From Dipteris shenzhenensis (Eukaryota), in assembly GCA_047967505.1 (NCBI GenBank), contig CM106538.1: DNA of 64,000 bases; one strand, 5' to 3'. Below are positions 1 to 13,568 of this stretch, in pieces. The notes under the pieces were generated by a model. That model ran no database searches. It was given only the letters and a program-made list of their open reading frames with translations, and was not told the DNA's origin. Both the position numbers and the translations under genes were made by a program. Position 1 is the first letter of the stretch. Every line of letters begins with the position of its first letter.

Positions 1-800
1 CCTTTACCCCAACAGATCGCACAAGAAACTTTCATTGAAGTCCTTAGAGTTGTTACTAAATAGAATGTTTATTAATTCCTCATTTTGGCGAATGAAAACT
101 TGCTTCTTCCGGTGTGCTAGATGATGGTACTGTCGTATCGTGCGTCGGAACACGATGTGTAGTCTTGAATGTGAATTGTTGGCGTAAAGCCTTACACTCC
201 TCATCATAACAACAATTATAGGGTACTGAGCCATAAGAGAGGTCATATTAATGAGGGGGGGTTTGAAAATGACCCATGGGACCAAATAGAACTTGATACC
301 ACTAGATGTCCCCTCTCTGGGGTGTTAGTTATTAGTTGATCTCTGTGCTCCGTGTACCTCGTGCATACAAGTGCAAAGTTTTCTTCTGTTTCAAGCATAT
401 TCAGATGACATAGGGTGCAAGTCCTTTTAGTTACTTCAATGTGCATCCATCCCCCACAGGCTATCCTCAGACTATGTCATGTAGTCCTCATAAGGGTGAT
501 TGCATGTCTCGCACGTTGTGACATTGGTGTCTTGATATGCATTTGGGCTTCCAATTTGCAAGTGAGGTATGAATTCCAATACTCAGGATTTATGTGCTTA
601 ACGTAGTATTCAAATCTCTATCTATGTTTTGATGTCCTCCACTTGTTATGAAGACCCTTAAAAAATGCATTATAGAAGCCAGTCTCACCAAATCCATGTC
701 CCTTGTTGCTATTTACAAGTAGTTTGCTACACCCCATGTCGGAAACTGTTTCCTCTCATCTTAGGATATACTCTTGTGTGTCTTTTTGGGGTTTGGACCC
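1..800 (-). mobile_element. Degenerate RTEX-type LINE fragments in the upstream MED16 intron
   Basis: Minus frames give RTCTLCHLNMLETEENFALVCTRY (C-terminal CxxC..E..C motif) and HRKKQVFIRQNEELINILFSNNSKDF, which resembles RRKKLAFLRQNEDTLLNILFSSNSKDF in the element at 51907-58050. Confidence 0.6.
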
Positions 801-930
801 CACTTCCCATGGTTTCAAATGCATTCGTCATGATATGAACATGAATGTTGATGTCAATGTGATGTGTTAACTCTTAATTTTTGGTAGATTTTTATTTGCA
901 TGCAATATCTAATTTTTTAGTGTAATGCAG

Positions 931-1019
931 CTCGTCTTCAAAATATGCTTTTTGGATTCCAATCCATATCGTCAATCCAGAACGCCCTACTGAACATGCT
1001 GTGTTCAATGTGATCGCTG
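931..1019 (+). CDS. MED16: MED16/SFR6 internal coding exon (first in window)
   Basis: Acceptor tgcag at 926-930, donor gtacgg at 1020. Encodes SSSKYAFWIPIHIVNPERPTEHAVFNVIA, matching the plant MED16 FWIPIHI..PERPTE.AVFNV motif. Its final G joins the AT that opens the next exon to give Asp. Confidence 0.92.
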
Positions 1020-1061
1020 GTACGGACTTTGCATTGTTTCGAGAGAGTCATTTGTTTGCAT

Positions 1062-1163
1062 TTCGATGTATGGAATATTTTTTCTATAAATGTGGTAAAA
1101 GGATTTCTAATCTTCGATGTATGGAAATCTTTTTCTATAAATGTGGTAAAAGGATTTCTAATC
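1062..1163. repeat. 51-bp direct tandem duplication
   Basis: ttcgatgtatggaa...ggatttctaatc occurs at 1062 and again at 1113, near-identical. Confidence 0.9.
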
Positions 1164-1935
1164 AGAATAGAAATGGTTAAGCCGAAATCATTAGTCACTG
1201 TAGGCTATCTCATGGGCTATCCATAGATGCCACTTCTACCTTGGTATGAGCCTTGTAGGCCTAGTTATAGTCAGTTAGGACTATTGGTACAGTTAGTTTA
1301 TGTACCATCTAGGTCAGTTAGGACACTTAGTCTGGTTAGGGCAGTTAGCCTTAGGGTTTTGTTATGTTGGCTCTCCCTTGAGCCTCCACACTTCAGTTTT
1401 GCAGCAATCTATTACAGCATCTTGTTTTTCTCCATTGTGTTTCAACTTTCCATTGCTTCCAACACCCAACAGTGGTATCAGAGCAGGTTGGGAATCCATT
1501 CCCTCAGCCATTGACAGCTTTCCCAAGCAGTTTGGCAGCCTTTGGAGCTCTCATTCTTGCTGGTCTTGCTGGTTTTCACACTCCCATGAGCGTTTGAGAC
1601 CTTTCCAAGCACTTCTGTCGTGAAAAACCTCCCCGAGGCAGCCCGTAGTGTAGTGAATGTACTGAAATTCTGACAAACCGGATAGAAGTACGGAATTTTC
1701 TCACAGATGTACAGATTTCCATACAATTTTTGACGCATGTATGGATTTCCGTACAATTTTTGACGCATGCACCTCCCCCCCCCCCTTCCGGCCGGGGACA
1801 GGTTTGAAATTTCGTACAAATGCTGTAAATGCTTGCATGTGGTCGTTTTTTGCTGCAGCAGGCTGAAAAATGCACTGAAAAATAGTTCCCTCGCGAGAGT
1901 TGCTTCAAAGTGCGGTCTTCTCGCGACAAAATGTT

Positions 1936-2070
1936 CGCGCCAGCATTTCGGAGCTACCTCGAGCTACGTGTCAGTATTTTGGAGCTGCCTCGAGCTGCGT
2001 GCCAGCATTTCAGAACTGCCTCGAGTTGCGTGCCAGTATTTTGGAGTTGCCTCGAACTGCGTGCCGGCGT
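1936..2070 (+). repeat. About 31-bp tandem repeat (about 4.5 copies) in the Copia-A leader
   Basis: Unit resembling cgtgccagcatttcggagctgcctcgagctg repeated head to tail. Confidence 0.8.
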
Positions 2071-2524
2071 TTGGAGCCATATGGAGCTGCTGAATTGATC
2101 CGGAGACTTCTCTTTTAGCCATTCCCTCCTCATTTGGCATCCCTTTGCCTCAGGCTGCGAGCTTCTTTCCATTGGATCTCTTTCTCTCCATTTCTACGTG
2201 CTCTCCTCCTCGTGGGAGCACTTCTTTTGCTGTAATTCTCATTTCCAGCCCTCATTTGCTCGCTTTCAGAGCCTGTCACTGCTGTTCATCATTGGGTAAG
2301 CCGTTGTTGCATTGGCTTTTTTCAATTTCTGCTTCATTTGCATTTTGGAAAGGCCTCGTGTTGCCTTTGGGGATTTTTCTTGCAACAGGTACACCTTGGG
2401 ACAGCAGAGTCTTTTGTAGACATAAGCTTTGAAGCTTGGGTAGTATTTTGGCACTTGATTCGGAGAGGTTGCCTTTCTCTCATTTGCTTTACCAGATGGT
2501 GCATTTGCCTTGTATTTCAGCACC

Positions 2525-5500
2525 ATGTCTGGTGGCAAAGATGATTTGTTTGGGCTGATTGGGGCTAATGACAAGCCTGATGGCACCAATTACCCCATGT
2601 GGTCATACATGATGGAACATGTTTTGGTTGCTAAGAATCTATGGCATATTGTTTCAGGTTTTGAGCCTAGGCCCACACGCACTGTTACTGGTGCTACACC
2701 TGTAGCCTCTGCTTCTTCAGGTGATGGTTTTGCAGGTATGGTTCTACTGCTATAGCCAGGACTCCTGCACCTGTGCTTTGCCTCCTTCAGAGGAGCAAAT
2801 TCAGTGGGATGGTCGTGATGCCAAAGCATATGCCTTGATTGCTCTTTCAGTGAAACGGGCTATTATTCCTTACATTCGGTCTTGCAAGACAGCTAAGCAA
2901 GCATGGGATCAGCTTGCATCTTTGTATCAGGTGCGGAATGAGGCGAGGGTTGCCTATCTCCACAAGCAGTTGAAAGATTTAAAGCTTGATGAGGGTGGTA
3001 ACATGGATGCCTATCTCACTAATGTGAAGGATTTGAAAGAGCAGTTGGCCAACATTGATGAGATTATGCTTGTCTCTCAGCTGGTTTCTAATACCCTTGA
3101 TGGGTAGCCTGATTCATATCAAGGCTTTGCTACTACATTGAGGTTGGTTGCAGGGGGTGATGCCAATCATTTCTCATTTGACCAACTTGTTGCTCTTCTT
3201 CTTCAGGAGAAGCAAAGTCATGTGAATCGCAATGCTACTATGGCTAGTGATCAAGCATTTGCTACCCATCATAAACACAAAGGTAAAGGCAAGGTTTCAA
3301 CTGGAAAGCCCTCTCATTCCCATGCTGATCATTCACATGGTGCCTCTTCTTCAGGGGATAACAAAAAGTAGAAGAGATGTAACTATTGTAGGAACCGTGG
3401 GCATGATATTTCTGAATGCAGGAAGCGTATAGCATCTGAAAAGAAAAAGGAAGAGTCTGGTCTTGCAGTATCTGGTTCTTCTAGTGCAGAACATCGACAT
3501 GAGTCCGCTAATTTCGCACAAGACCACCATTGGGCTTTCTTGGTTACATGTCAGTATAATCCTAATGTTCATGATGCTTGTATGGCAGTTTCAGATGTTT
3601 CTTTGATAGTGGTGCTAGCAAGCACATCACTTCTTGCAGGAAGTTATTCAGCTCATTGGAGCTTACATCTAAGGGGGGTAGTGTCACATGTGCCAATAAT
3701 GCATCATATACCATGAAAGTCATTGGGCAAGTTGCTCTTACTTCTATCTCTGGTGGTATTGTCACTCTAGAGCATGTGCTTTATGTTCCAGGCATTCGGA
3801 AGAACCTCATTTCTATTTCAGCCATTGCTACATGTGGCTTTCAGGTTATTTTTGATGGTGTGAGGTGTGCAGTGTATGATGTTACACATGCCTCTACCCT
3901 GGTTTTGACTGGCACATTGTCTAGCGGTCTTTACAGACTTGATGCTTATGACAGATGTTCAGATGATGATGCTGCACTTGCCGATTTACATGCCTTTGCT
4001 ATTGATTCTACCACAGCAGATACTCATTTGTGGCATGAGGGGTTTGGACATCTCAATTTTGGAGCCCTGGTGAAGTTATATAAGGAAGATATGGTCGTGT
4101 ATCTTCCCAAAATGCATATGCCTACCAAACATGTTTGTGAACCATGCTTACTTGGTAAGATGCATTGTGCTGCGTTTCCCAAGGATGGGAGAGTTGGTGC
4201 TTCACGTAAGCTTTATTTGGTTCATAGTGATGTTTGTGGACCCATGAAGGTTGCAGCTCTTGGGGGGTTCTACTATTTTGTTACTTTTTTTGATGATTTC
4301 ACCAGGTACACTTGGATTTTCGCATTGAAATCCAAGTCTGATGTTTCTTTATGCTTCAAGCACTTTATTGCCTTGGATGAGAATGAGAGTGGGCTGCACA
4401 TTGCTCACATTAATACAGACAGGGGGGTGAATACATGTCGAAGGAGTTTGCTGTTTTTTTGGCTTCCCGTGGCATTAATCATCGATGCACGGAGCCTTAT
4501 ACTCCTCAACATAATCCCGTGGCTGAGTGGAAGGATAGATCAACGATGGAAATGGCTAGATGCATGTTGAAAGGCAAACATTTTCCTAATAAGTTGTGGT
4601 TGGATGCGGTCATGTGTGCAAATTACATCTTGAATAGATGTCCTACAAAGGCATTGCAGACTATGACACCTTATGAGGCTTGGACGGGTTGTAAGCCTTG
4701 CATTTCCCACCTGAGGACTTTTGGATGCTTAGGTTATGCTCATGTGCCTTCACAGAGACGCACTAAGTTGGATAATAAAGCTATTAAATGCATTTTTCTT
4801 GGGTATAGTTCAGAGAGCAGGGGCTATAAGCTATATCAGCTCCGCACGGGCAAGTGTTTTGTCAGTCGGGATGTTGTGTTTGATGAATCTTCCACTAAGC
4901 CTTTGCTGGACTGTAAAAGAAAGCTTGTTGTTGATGCCCCAGACATATTTGATAGCTTAATGCCTTTGTTTCCATCCGATGCTCGGGATGATGTTCCATC
5001 TGAGGTTGTCCCTCCTCCATCTATTGGTCATTTACAGCCCCATGTGCATGCAGAAATTCAGCCTGATATGCCTATCATTGATCAGGATCATTTGCACCGG
5101 GCTCTTGACTAGGAAAGAGCAGAAATTTAGGAGCCTAAAAAGGTACCCCGTTGGTTCCTTGACACATTAAAAGACAGCAAACAAGACACTCCTCTGCCAG
5201 CCCGTATGAGAGCAGCTGTCCGGAAAGAGCATGCTAGTTTTGTTGATTATGCTTTGGTTGCTACAGCATGCCATGAAGCGCCATTATGTCCTCAAGATGC
5301 CTTTCAGAATGATTGTTGGATGAAGGCCATGCAAGCTGAATTGGATTCTATCCATCAAAATGACACTTGGGAGTTGTGTGATTTGCCTTATGGCAAGAAT
5401 GCCATTGGAACTAAGTGGGTTTACAAGATCAAACGGAAAGCTGATGGTTTAGTGGACCGTTACAAAGCCTGTCTTGTTGCTAAGGGCTATGCTCAGCAGC

Positions 5501-6808
5501 ATGGCATTGACTTTGAGGAGACTTTTGCTCCCACTTCCAGGATCACTACCATTCGCATTGTTATTGCCTTTGCTGCCCACTTTCATTGGCAGATACATCA
5601 GCTTGATATTAAGACAGCTTTCCTTCATGGGCATTTGCAGGAAGAGGTCTATGTTTCCCAACCTCCTGGGTTTGAGGTTGAAGGTTCTGAAAGCAAGGTA
5701 TGCCGCTTGAAAAAGGCCCTCTATGGATTGAAGCAGGCACCTCGGGCTTGGTATTCGAGAATTCATTCTCACTTGCTCACACTTGGCTTTCAGAACAGCC
5801 CTACAGAGGCTACCCTTTACATCCGCAAGCGTGGGACAGATTTGCTGATTTTAGTTCTTTATGCGGATGACATGCTTGTAATTGGGACGCATGCTCAGCA
5901 AATTGCAGAATTTAAAGTTGATTTGCAGTAGACATTTGCTATGTTTGATCTTGGTCTTCTACACTACTATCTGGGCATTCAATTTGCTAGCAGTGAGGGG
6001 GGCATATTGATGTCACAATCCAAGTACATTGGACAGATTTTGTAGCGTTTTCAGTTTGAGGATTGCAAGCCAGTATCCACACCATTAGAGACTGGTTTTC
6101 ACTTCTCTTCTGAGGATGGCAGTGGTACATGTGATGTCACTCTCTATCATTAGGCAGTTGGTTGTTTATGCGAGACCTGATCTCGGTATGCTGTCTCACA
6201 GTTGAGTAGATATATGCACAGCCCATCCATCTATGCACCATTGGCATGCCGTGAAGCGTGTTTTCAGATATCTTAAAGGCACTCAGCATTTAAGCCTTCT
6301 TTATGGGACTGATACTTCACTTGTTATGCATGGGTTCACTGATAGTGATTGGGCTGGTTGTTCTGACACTCGTGTGTCACATAGTGGCAATTGCTGCAAC
6401 TGCTTTATGCTTGGTACTTCATGTGTTTCTTGGTTCAGCGAGAAGCAGAGTACAGTTGCTACTTCTAGCTGTGAAGCTGAGTACAGAGCAGCTTTTACAG
6501 CTACAGTGGAGTGTGTTTGGCTTCGGAAGTTACTTGCAAATCTTTGTGCATGTCAGACTGCTCCTACCATCATCTTCACTGATAGTCAGAGTGCATTGGC
6601 TGTCGCACTGAATCTAGTTTTCCATGCTCGCACAAAGCACATTGAGGTTCACTATCACTATGTCAGAGAGTGATTATCACCATGTGATATTGAGTTGTCT
6701 TATGTTCCCACTGAAGACAACTTAGCATATCTTTTTACAAAGGCTCTATCTCGACCTAAGTTTGAGGCTTTTCGGCAAGCTTTAAACTTAGTACCTTTTG
6801 TAACTTGA
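2525..6808 (+). pseudogene. Copia-A gag-pol, broken by stops and frameshifts
   Basis: DKPDGTNYPMW gag start, CNYCRNRGHDISEC knuckle, FFDSGASKH protease, LVHSDVCGP integrase, [11 protein letters not shown] and LYADD RT, FTDSDWAG and HARTKHIEVHYH RNase H. Confidence 0.95.
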
Positions 6809-8599
6809 TCTGTTGTACTCTGTACAGTCATAGGTTGGTATATCCTACGGGACGAACATGTGCAACCATGACACTAGATATTTAGGTATCCTGAGCCATG
6901 TCCAGGATACTTCAGCCCATACCATGGAGGGGGGTTTGTAGGCTATCTCATGGGCTATCCATAGATGCCACTTATACCTTGGTATGAGCCTTGTAGGCCT
7001 AGTTATAGTCAGTCAGGACTATTGGTACAGTTAGTTTATGTACCATCTAGGTTAGCTAGGACACTTAGTCCAGTTAGGGTAGTTAGCCCTAGGGTTTTGT
7101 TATGTTGGCTCTCCCTTGAGCCTCCACACTTCAGTTTTGCAGCAATCTATTAGAGCATCTCGTTTTTCTCCATTGTGCTTCCATTGCTTCCAACACCCAA
7201 CAGTCACTACATGCCTATTGCAAGCTTGTTGGAAAATATCTAATCATGTACATCTCCGAACTTTTCTACTATGTTAGAATAAGGAGCGGAAAATGAATCA
7301 CTTGTGAGATCACTAGATCCTACTCAGGATGTGCACACATGCATGTAAATGTAAACCACACTCAGATTTGGAATAGACAGCAAGGTATAGCAACCAATGA
7401 CTGAGTAAGAGTCACCAAAGATAGGACCCAAATGTAGATACAAAAGGTGCTTCACAAAGCACATTGTGGACAGTGGGTACTGCCCCCTGCCCACTAATGC
7501 TTGTACTGAGGCCATACACGGTTTCCCAATCTACTGCTGTGTTCCTGCTCTTCAATACCTATCAACGAGGTCTAAGGAGCCCCAAAATGCCCATGACTCC
7601 TACTTTCCCGCACACCTGTGTTGTGCTCACCTGATGAGGTCTACACAAGTACTGAAGTTAGCTGCTGCTTGTGCCTCTGTTGCTTTCTGTTGTTACTATC
7701 CTTTCCTAGTGGGCCCTGCTGCACTTCTGAGGGCTAGAGCACTGCCTTGTTTCCTAGAAAAAACAGATGTAGAATGCTTGTTGTAGCCAACATTCCCGCA
7801 GGGACAGAATATTGCGCAGGGACTAGACCATTCTCACTTTGATAAACTTGTGCACACAAGCATTCATGGCGTTATTCACATATACAAATCTCATGAAGTA
7901 GAATAGCCAAAACATAATATAGACAAAGTAGGGAAACCCTCTTACAACTGTTGTTCTCAAACCACCACCATCTTTGTAGCCTTGTGCTTTCTAGATGTAG
8001 ATTGTTGGTTCTTTGTCAACCTGTGTGCTCCAATGTAGCTTTAGCAGGCTGGAAAGATCCTGCTTGTCCAACTCTTTTGCCTGCCCTTCTTCCAGCTGAA
8101 GATCTACTGCTGCAGAGAGTGTTCTCTGAGACCCTGGCCTCCCTTCTGCTTTGGATGCAGCCCAAACCTGAGGCAGAAGGTGATGATCACAGGCCTCCCT
8201 GCTGCTCTGGATGCAGCCGAAATCTAGGGCACATAATGGTATCTGGGGTTTCAACAATGTGGCCCTTTTATAGGGAAAATGCCCTGCTGATCTGGCCACC
8301 CAAATTTGGGCACACGCGACCAGACCCGCAGACTGTGCGGATCCAGTATGTAACTGCTGACTAGTCTCCAAATGTCAATTGACTGGAATGCCATGTGGCA
8401 GGTGCCTACTGTCCCGACCACCTCCTGTGCTGACCTGACTACTGTCTGCAGTCTGCTGACTTGTCCTTTTCAGACTGCATGTGTGGGCCTGATCAGCTGT
8501 AGTACTGACCAGACCCGCTGTCTGACGACCTTATCTTGGGCCTATGAACACCCCCTCTCACTGATATGCCGTGGGACAAACACCCACATGTTGATGCAG

Positions 8600-9660
8600 A
8601 CGCTCTGATAGAGAAGCTCTCAAGAACAAGTTGGGGATGTCCTCAATCTTCTGTGTGGAACCCGCAGCTCCTGTTCCTCCGGAGCTCGCCTCCAGGTCGA
8701 GCTCCACCAAGTTGAGCCATCTTAAAACACAGGTACAATCCAGGTAGCACACCAACCATCCATGGTACCACCCTCCTCAAGCTATCCTGGTTCTATTATC
8801 TGGTTCATCCATCTGTCCCCCTTAGAACTCAAGGAGTGCCTCACGTGCAAGCTTGGTAACTCTACAAAGATTGGAGGAGAGGGTGCTACGGAGTCCTTGG
8901 GTGGTGGAGAGGATGCAAATTGCAGTGTAGAGATTCATGAGGCCAGATTGGAGTAGACGTTTCATGCCAGGGTGCCATTCTGGACTCAGAGCGGAGATCG
9001 GGTTACTAGAGGCTTCTTGACCCAGGCACTCGAGGGAGGACATCAGGTGATTGAAGAGGGCAGATGACACCATTGCAGCTAGCCCATAGGATGAGGCACA
9101 TATGGCCACAGACTTTTGCGTGGCACTACTTCACGACCTCAGAGATACTTGGCAGCAAGTGAGGAGGTTTAGAGGAGTACAAGATATGAAGGAGATGAGT
9201 ATTGGTCTTATGAGGCTTTCATTGCCGATGAGCTCGAGAGAGCGATCATAGCGATCTTTTTTGAGTCTCATTACGAGCTTATGAGCTCAGGCATTCTCAC
9301 AGCTTTTCAAGACATCATGGAGACTAAGGATATGCCACATAGACTTTTAGAGGGGTTGATTTACCTAATTCTTAAGGGCAGCGGGTACATGCTTGAGATT
9401 CACAGTGGAGGCCCATTAGCTTGCTCTGGATATGCTTACGAGATCCTAGCTAAGGCCATCATCCTAAGACTCGCCCCTTTCTTACTAGACATTATTCAGC
9501 CCACCCAGACAAGCTTTGTGTAGGACCACAACATTTTAGATACCTCTTTACTTTTTGGGAGGCCACAACTTTTTCATGGTTCTGCCGCCAAGAGGATTTA
9601 TTGGTTTTGTTTCTTGATTTTAAGAAGGCCTCATGATAGGGCCAACTAGGTTTTGCTTGC
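8600..9660 (+). mobile_element. Degenerate L1-like LINE reverse-transcriptase fragment
   Basis: GLIYLILKG...YEILAKAIILRLAPFLLDIIQPTQTSFV, followed by an LFLDFKKA-like motif. The left boundary is approximate. Confidence 0.6.
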
Positions 9661-11553
9661 TACTATGTGGTACATAACCTCTTGCTTTCCAGATCTTGGG
9701 TGAAGTGACTCATCAAGAACTTCATCTGTACAGGAGGGGATGGTCACCTAGCTAGGGCGAAGGTGGCTTTGACTTTATAGACTTCATGGGAACCGGCTAG
9801 AGGTGGGAGGCCCTTGGCAGCCAAGTACTAGGTGGATTTTTTCTAGGATAAGGGCTACTCGCTTGGGTAGGAGCTTAGAGGTGAGATTTGGAGCGAGCTT
9901 TTTTTTCACCCGAGTAAACTTATTGGGGTAATGATTCACCATTTGTGTGTCCTCTTGGCGCATCTCAAAGAACTGACTTTGTAGTCTTTTCAGGTACTGA
10001 GGTGGCAGGAACCGTGTTCTGATATCTTTTACGAACTCCGTCCACCCACAATAAGGTGTCCCCTTGTCTACATCATAGTGGTCCCGTCGTCCTCTGGGGG
10101 CACAACTGAAAAATAACTATCGAATTGTTTTAGCCATGAACTCAATGCTAAAGGTTCAGTCTTACCATCATACCGAAGAAAATCGAGCTTCCCAGGAAAA
10201 GAAGCTTTGACGGGCTGCTGGGCTCTCTCCCTTCCTTCATCTACATGTGGGCGGAGTAGAGAAATGAGAAGCCGGTCTCGTACTTCTCTCTCCTCCCGAG
10301 CGGTGCACTCTGTAAGCTCCCTGGCTTCACGAGCCTTTGTCTCTCTTAGACGATCCTTGTGATTGCACTCTTCTTTATGCTCTCTTGTGCTCTTGGGCCT
10401 CGCGCTCTTTGCATTCCTTGGCTCCTGGGAACTTCGATCTCGGATTCCTTGGCTTCCAGAGCCCCACGATTGCATTCTTCTTTGGCTCTGGAGCTGCTCT
10501 CTCGCGCTCTCTAGCGGCCTGTTCACGATCATCCTGCATCTCCTGGAGCTGAACCATGCGGATAAAGAGACTCTCGGACAGTTGTTGCTGCATTTGCATC
10601 ATGGCCATGGGCGTCTATGGGATTCTATGGTGGTGAGGCTTGGGAAGTGGACCCCTCTTCCCCACTGGTGTTGGACTTGTCACTAGAACTCATGGTGTCT
10701 TTTCTGGACCTCGTCTGGACAATAAAAATGGCTGTCCCTAAACTGAACCTACCTACTCTCAAGAAAGAAAATCTGAAGCTCTGATACCAATGTAACTGGA
10801 AGAAAGCTTAACTCACTCTTTCTTGTGCTCACTACTACCTGAATTAACAGAATAATGCACCCAAAACACATGTGGAACTGTGGAGTGAGTGTGAGTCTGA
10901 GGGATGCATATAATGGGCCTCTGAAGAGGGAAATAGACAATCAATAAATATATGCCCAATACAACTAAAATAATAGATACTGTAGAGGGAACAACCCTCA
11001 CTGCAAAAAGGACCAAAGAATACTGTATAGAGGGTATAACTCTCACTGGGCTGCTATGGGGCAGTCCATCTTTGCTGTTGTACTAGATTGAACCGGGCTG
11101 AGGAAACCTGTGAACTGAAGGAATAAAGGAGTTACTCTGATGCAGACCCTTGCTATTGCTGGCTGGAGCTGAACCCACCGGGCCTGTAGGTGCCAGGGAT
11201 GGGGCAGACCTGGTGCTCCCTGATGCTGCCCCATTTTGCTGTTGATCCCTGCTACTAATTTGTGAGAACCGCTATCCCAAACCAATCTTGGAAGTGGATG
11301 AAGAATGAGGCCCATGGGGGCTGCTTACATAGGATTTTAGGGCAGACTAGCTGACCCCAGGTCGTCTGCTCAACGCCAACTATTGACCAAGTCGGAAAAA
11401 AGCCAAACGTTGATCAAAAGTCAAAGCGTTGACTTATAAGCAAAAAGACAACTCCGGGTTGTTGACCTGTGCTGTTTTCTGAGGCTGCCTGGCGGTATTT
11501 AATGGTGTTGCAGCTTATAGGCAGCATGCCACAGGGTGTGGATGCCCGTTACA
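9660..11553 (-). mobile_element. 5' part of a Ty3/gypsy element (LTR, PBS, gag), truncated
   Basis: LTR 10791-11553 with TGTAAC..GTTACA termini, reverse-strand Met PBS at about 10778-10789, gag-like LRYDGKTEPLALSSWLKQFDSYF. Confidence 0.8.
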
Positions 11554-13019
11554 CAACTATCGTGTTATAGAAATGAGAGCGTGGGTACTTGTTATTATAT
11601 TGAGCTTGAGTTCCTCTAAGGGAACTATTCTTGAGTTTAAGATTGCTTCCATTGTTGTGTTCAAATGCATTGTGGTTTCTCTCACATGGTATTAAAGCCA
11701 AGTGAGTTCACCTGAGAAGAGGTTTGTGGAAGACATCTTGGAGAAGCTATCTAAGATTGACCGAGACCTCTAGATCGTCTGTCTCAGCACAACTGATTGG
11801 TGCTGGGGGGGTTGATCCACCTTTGCCAAGTATTGATGAAGACTTCCTAGGGCAAGCATTACTTGTTTGGAGAAGGGATGTATGACTAGCTTATGGAATT
11901 TAGTTTGCAATTGTATTCAATCTTCCTTTTATCTAAGAGAAATATGATGGATATTGGATGTAAGAGAGTATGGCTATTCTTATTTTCATCTAGAGAAAAT
12001 ATAACTACTTCCAAATTGTATTGGACTGATACTAACTTAGAATATGCCTAATGGCTATGGTTGCTTGGGAATTTTCCATCTCTCACCCATTTAAAAGAAG
12101 ACATTTGACTGTCTTGATGTTTATACACCTAACCAAGGAATTAAGACAAATCTCCTAGGCCTACTTGCCGCTTATACATTTTAGGTCTTGCTCTTGGTTA
12201 GCTTATCTATCAAGGAAAAAGCAAGGCTCTTAATGTACAAGGTGTGATCAAGACCGTGGGTATCCTACTTGTAACATTTTTCCTACAATTATCATGGGAC
12301 TTGTTTGAATTTTATTTCAAATTGGGAAAAGATAAGTCCCTTTATCAACAAAAAAATGATGCTATTCTCATAGAGTGGAGACCCAAGGAAAATATTAAAA
12401 AGAAAATCCTATGGGTTCAAGCGAAAAGGGAGGCAAGGCTCTTTTCCTCTCTGCCCGTGGAAGAAAGAGCTTTCAATTCATCTCTAAGCATGCAGACATG
12501 TTACTCTCTGAACAAAAGGCAATTTATTCATTGGTTTGTAAATGATGTTTACAAAACAAATGAATGGCTTTAACTGGGAGACTATATTGGTTAGCGAAAC
12601 CCAAGGAAAGTTTTTGTAGAACGAACGTTCTTAGGAAAATGGGGCATTTTTCAATAAGTTCCAAAATTTAGCCAAGCTTGCTAGAATAGAATACAACGTC
12701 CAATAGACCTTAATTCTAAGAATATTTAGGGTCAGTTAGAATGAGATGCAACTGCTGGTCCTTAAGATACAAGTCTATCAATGAATTTTGAAAATCCTAC
12801 AATCAGCAAATGACATGTGGCACAAATCAGCATGGGAACGCCAGCTCAGGCTACCATAGGGCACCTAGAATACCAGACACATTCCACCTCCACCAAAGAG
12901 CATCTCACATGGACTCAGTAGAGAGATGAGTGCATGAAAAATAAAATAGATACCACAAAACTGATCTTGGGACCCTACCCAATGAAGAAAAGACACAAGG
13001 ACAGAGTGGACCTAGTGGT

Positions 13020-13568
13020 ATTTTCAGTACAAAGAGAAAGAGAACTCTTGAAGCTCTGACAACCATTTTGCAAATATCCCCCCAAGATTAGGCTTGCGAA
13101 CTAGATATGCTAATACAAACTGAGAGGTAAGGAAGAAGAATGGTTGAGTCAATAAATAAGAGCGAAACTTTCTGATTGAAAACACCAAAGAGAGAGCTTG
13201 CTGCTCCATTTCTTCATACCTTGTTTTAACCTCTGTAAGCTGTCAGCTGGCATAATAGATGGGTTACATTCTTCTTGCATCTCCTTTCTGTAGCAATACA
13301 GCACCAACTAAATGCAAAGATGCACTTGGATTTACATAGAAGTCTTGGGACCAATCAGGGGGCTTCAATATTGGGACCTTACTCATGGCTTCCTTAAGTT
13401 GCTAAAAAGACACTTGTTGCTCCACACCCCATTGGAAAGAAACTCCTTTTATTGTTAACAAGTTCATGGGATGCACTATCTCTGTGAAATCATCTTATAA
13501 GCGTTGATAATACTTGCTCTTTCCTAGAATTTTGCGAACACCAGTCACACTGTCAGGATTTGGCAGCT
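13020..13568 (-). mobile_element. Ty3/gypsy RT-RNase H remnant
   Basis: LPNPDSVTGVRKILGKSKYYQRL, ILKPPDWSQDFYV, VGAVLLQK, ALSLVFSIRKFRSYLL...AKWLSELQEF. Confidence 0.75.

Larger units (their letters stand above)
1199..7202 (+). mobile_element. Full-length Ty1/copia LTR retrotransposon (Copia-A), decayed
   Basis: TG..CA LTRs at 1199-1471 and 6937-7202 (about 10 substitutions plus a 7-bp indel). TSD GTCAC at 1194-1198 and 7203-7207, Met-tRNA PBS TGGTATCAGAGC at 1473-1484, purine tract before the 3' LTR, domain order gag-PR-INT-RT-RH. Confidence 0.97.

Noticed and set aside
1473-1484. tRNA-like TGGTATCAGAGC matches (six sites)
   Set aside because: These are primer-binding sites complementary to the tRNA-iMet 3' end, not tRNA genes.
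1936-2070. Regular 31-bp repeats as a possible CRISPR array
   Set aside because: Head-to-tail units with no unique spacers, no cas genes, and a eukaryotic TE context.
3369-3371. Stops near the gag end of Copia-A (and 45525 in Copia-C) as programmed readthrough sites
   Set aside because: They are at different positions, both upstream of the zinc knuckle, in elements with many other random stops.
7300-8600. Possible minus-strand gag and repeat-rich leader remnant
   Set aside because: No diagnostic motif, LTR or PBS could be fixed.
11563-12900. PBS-like TGGTATTAAAGCC at 11687 and a 109-aa ORF at 12244
   Set aside because: Too degenerate to assign an LTR partner or protein family.
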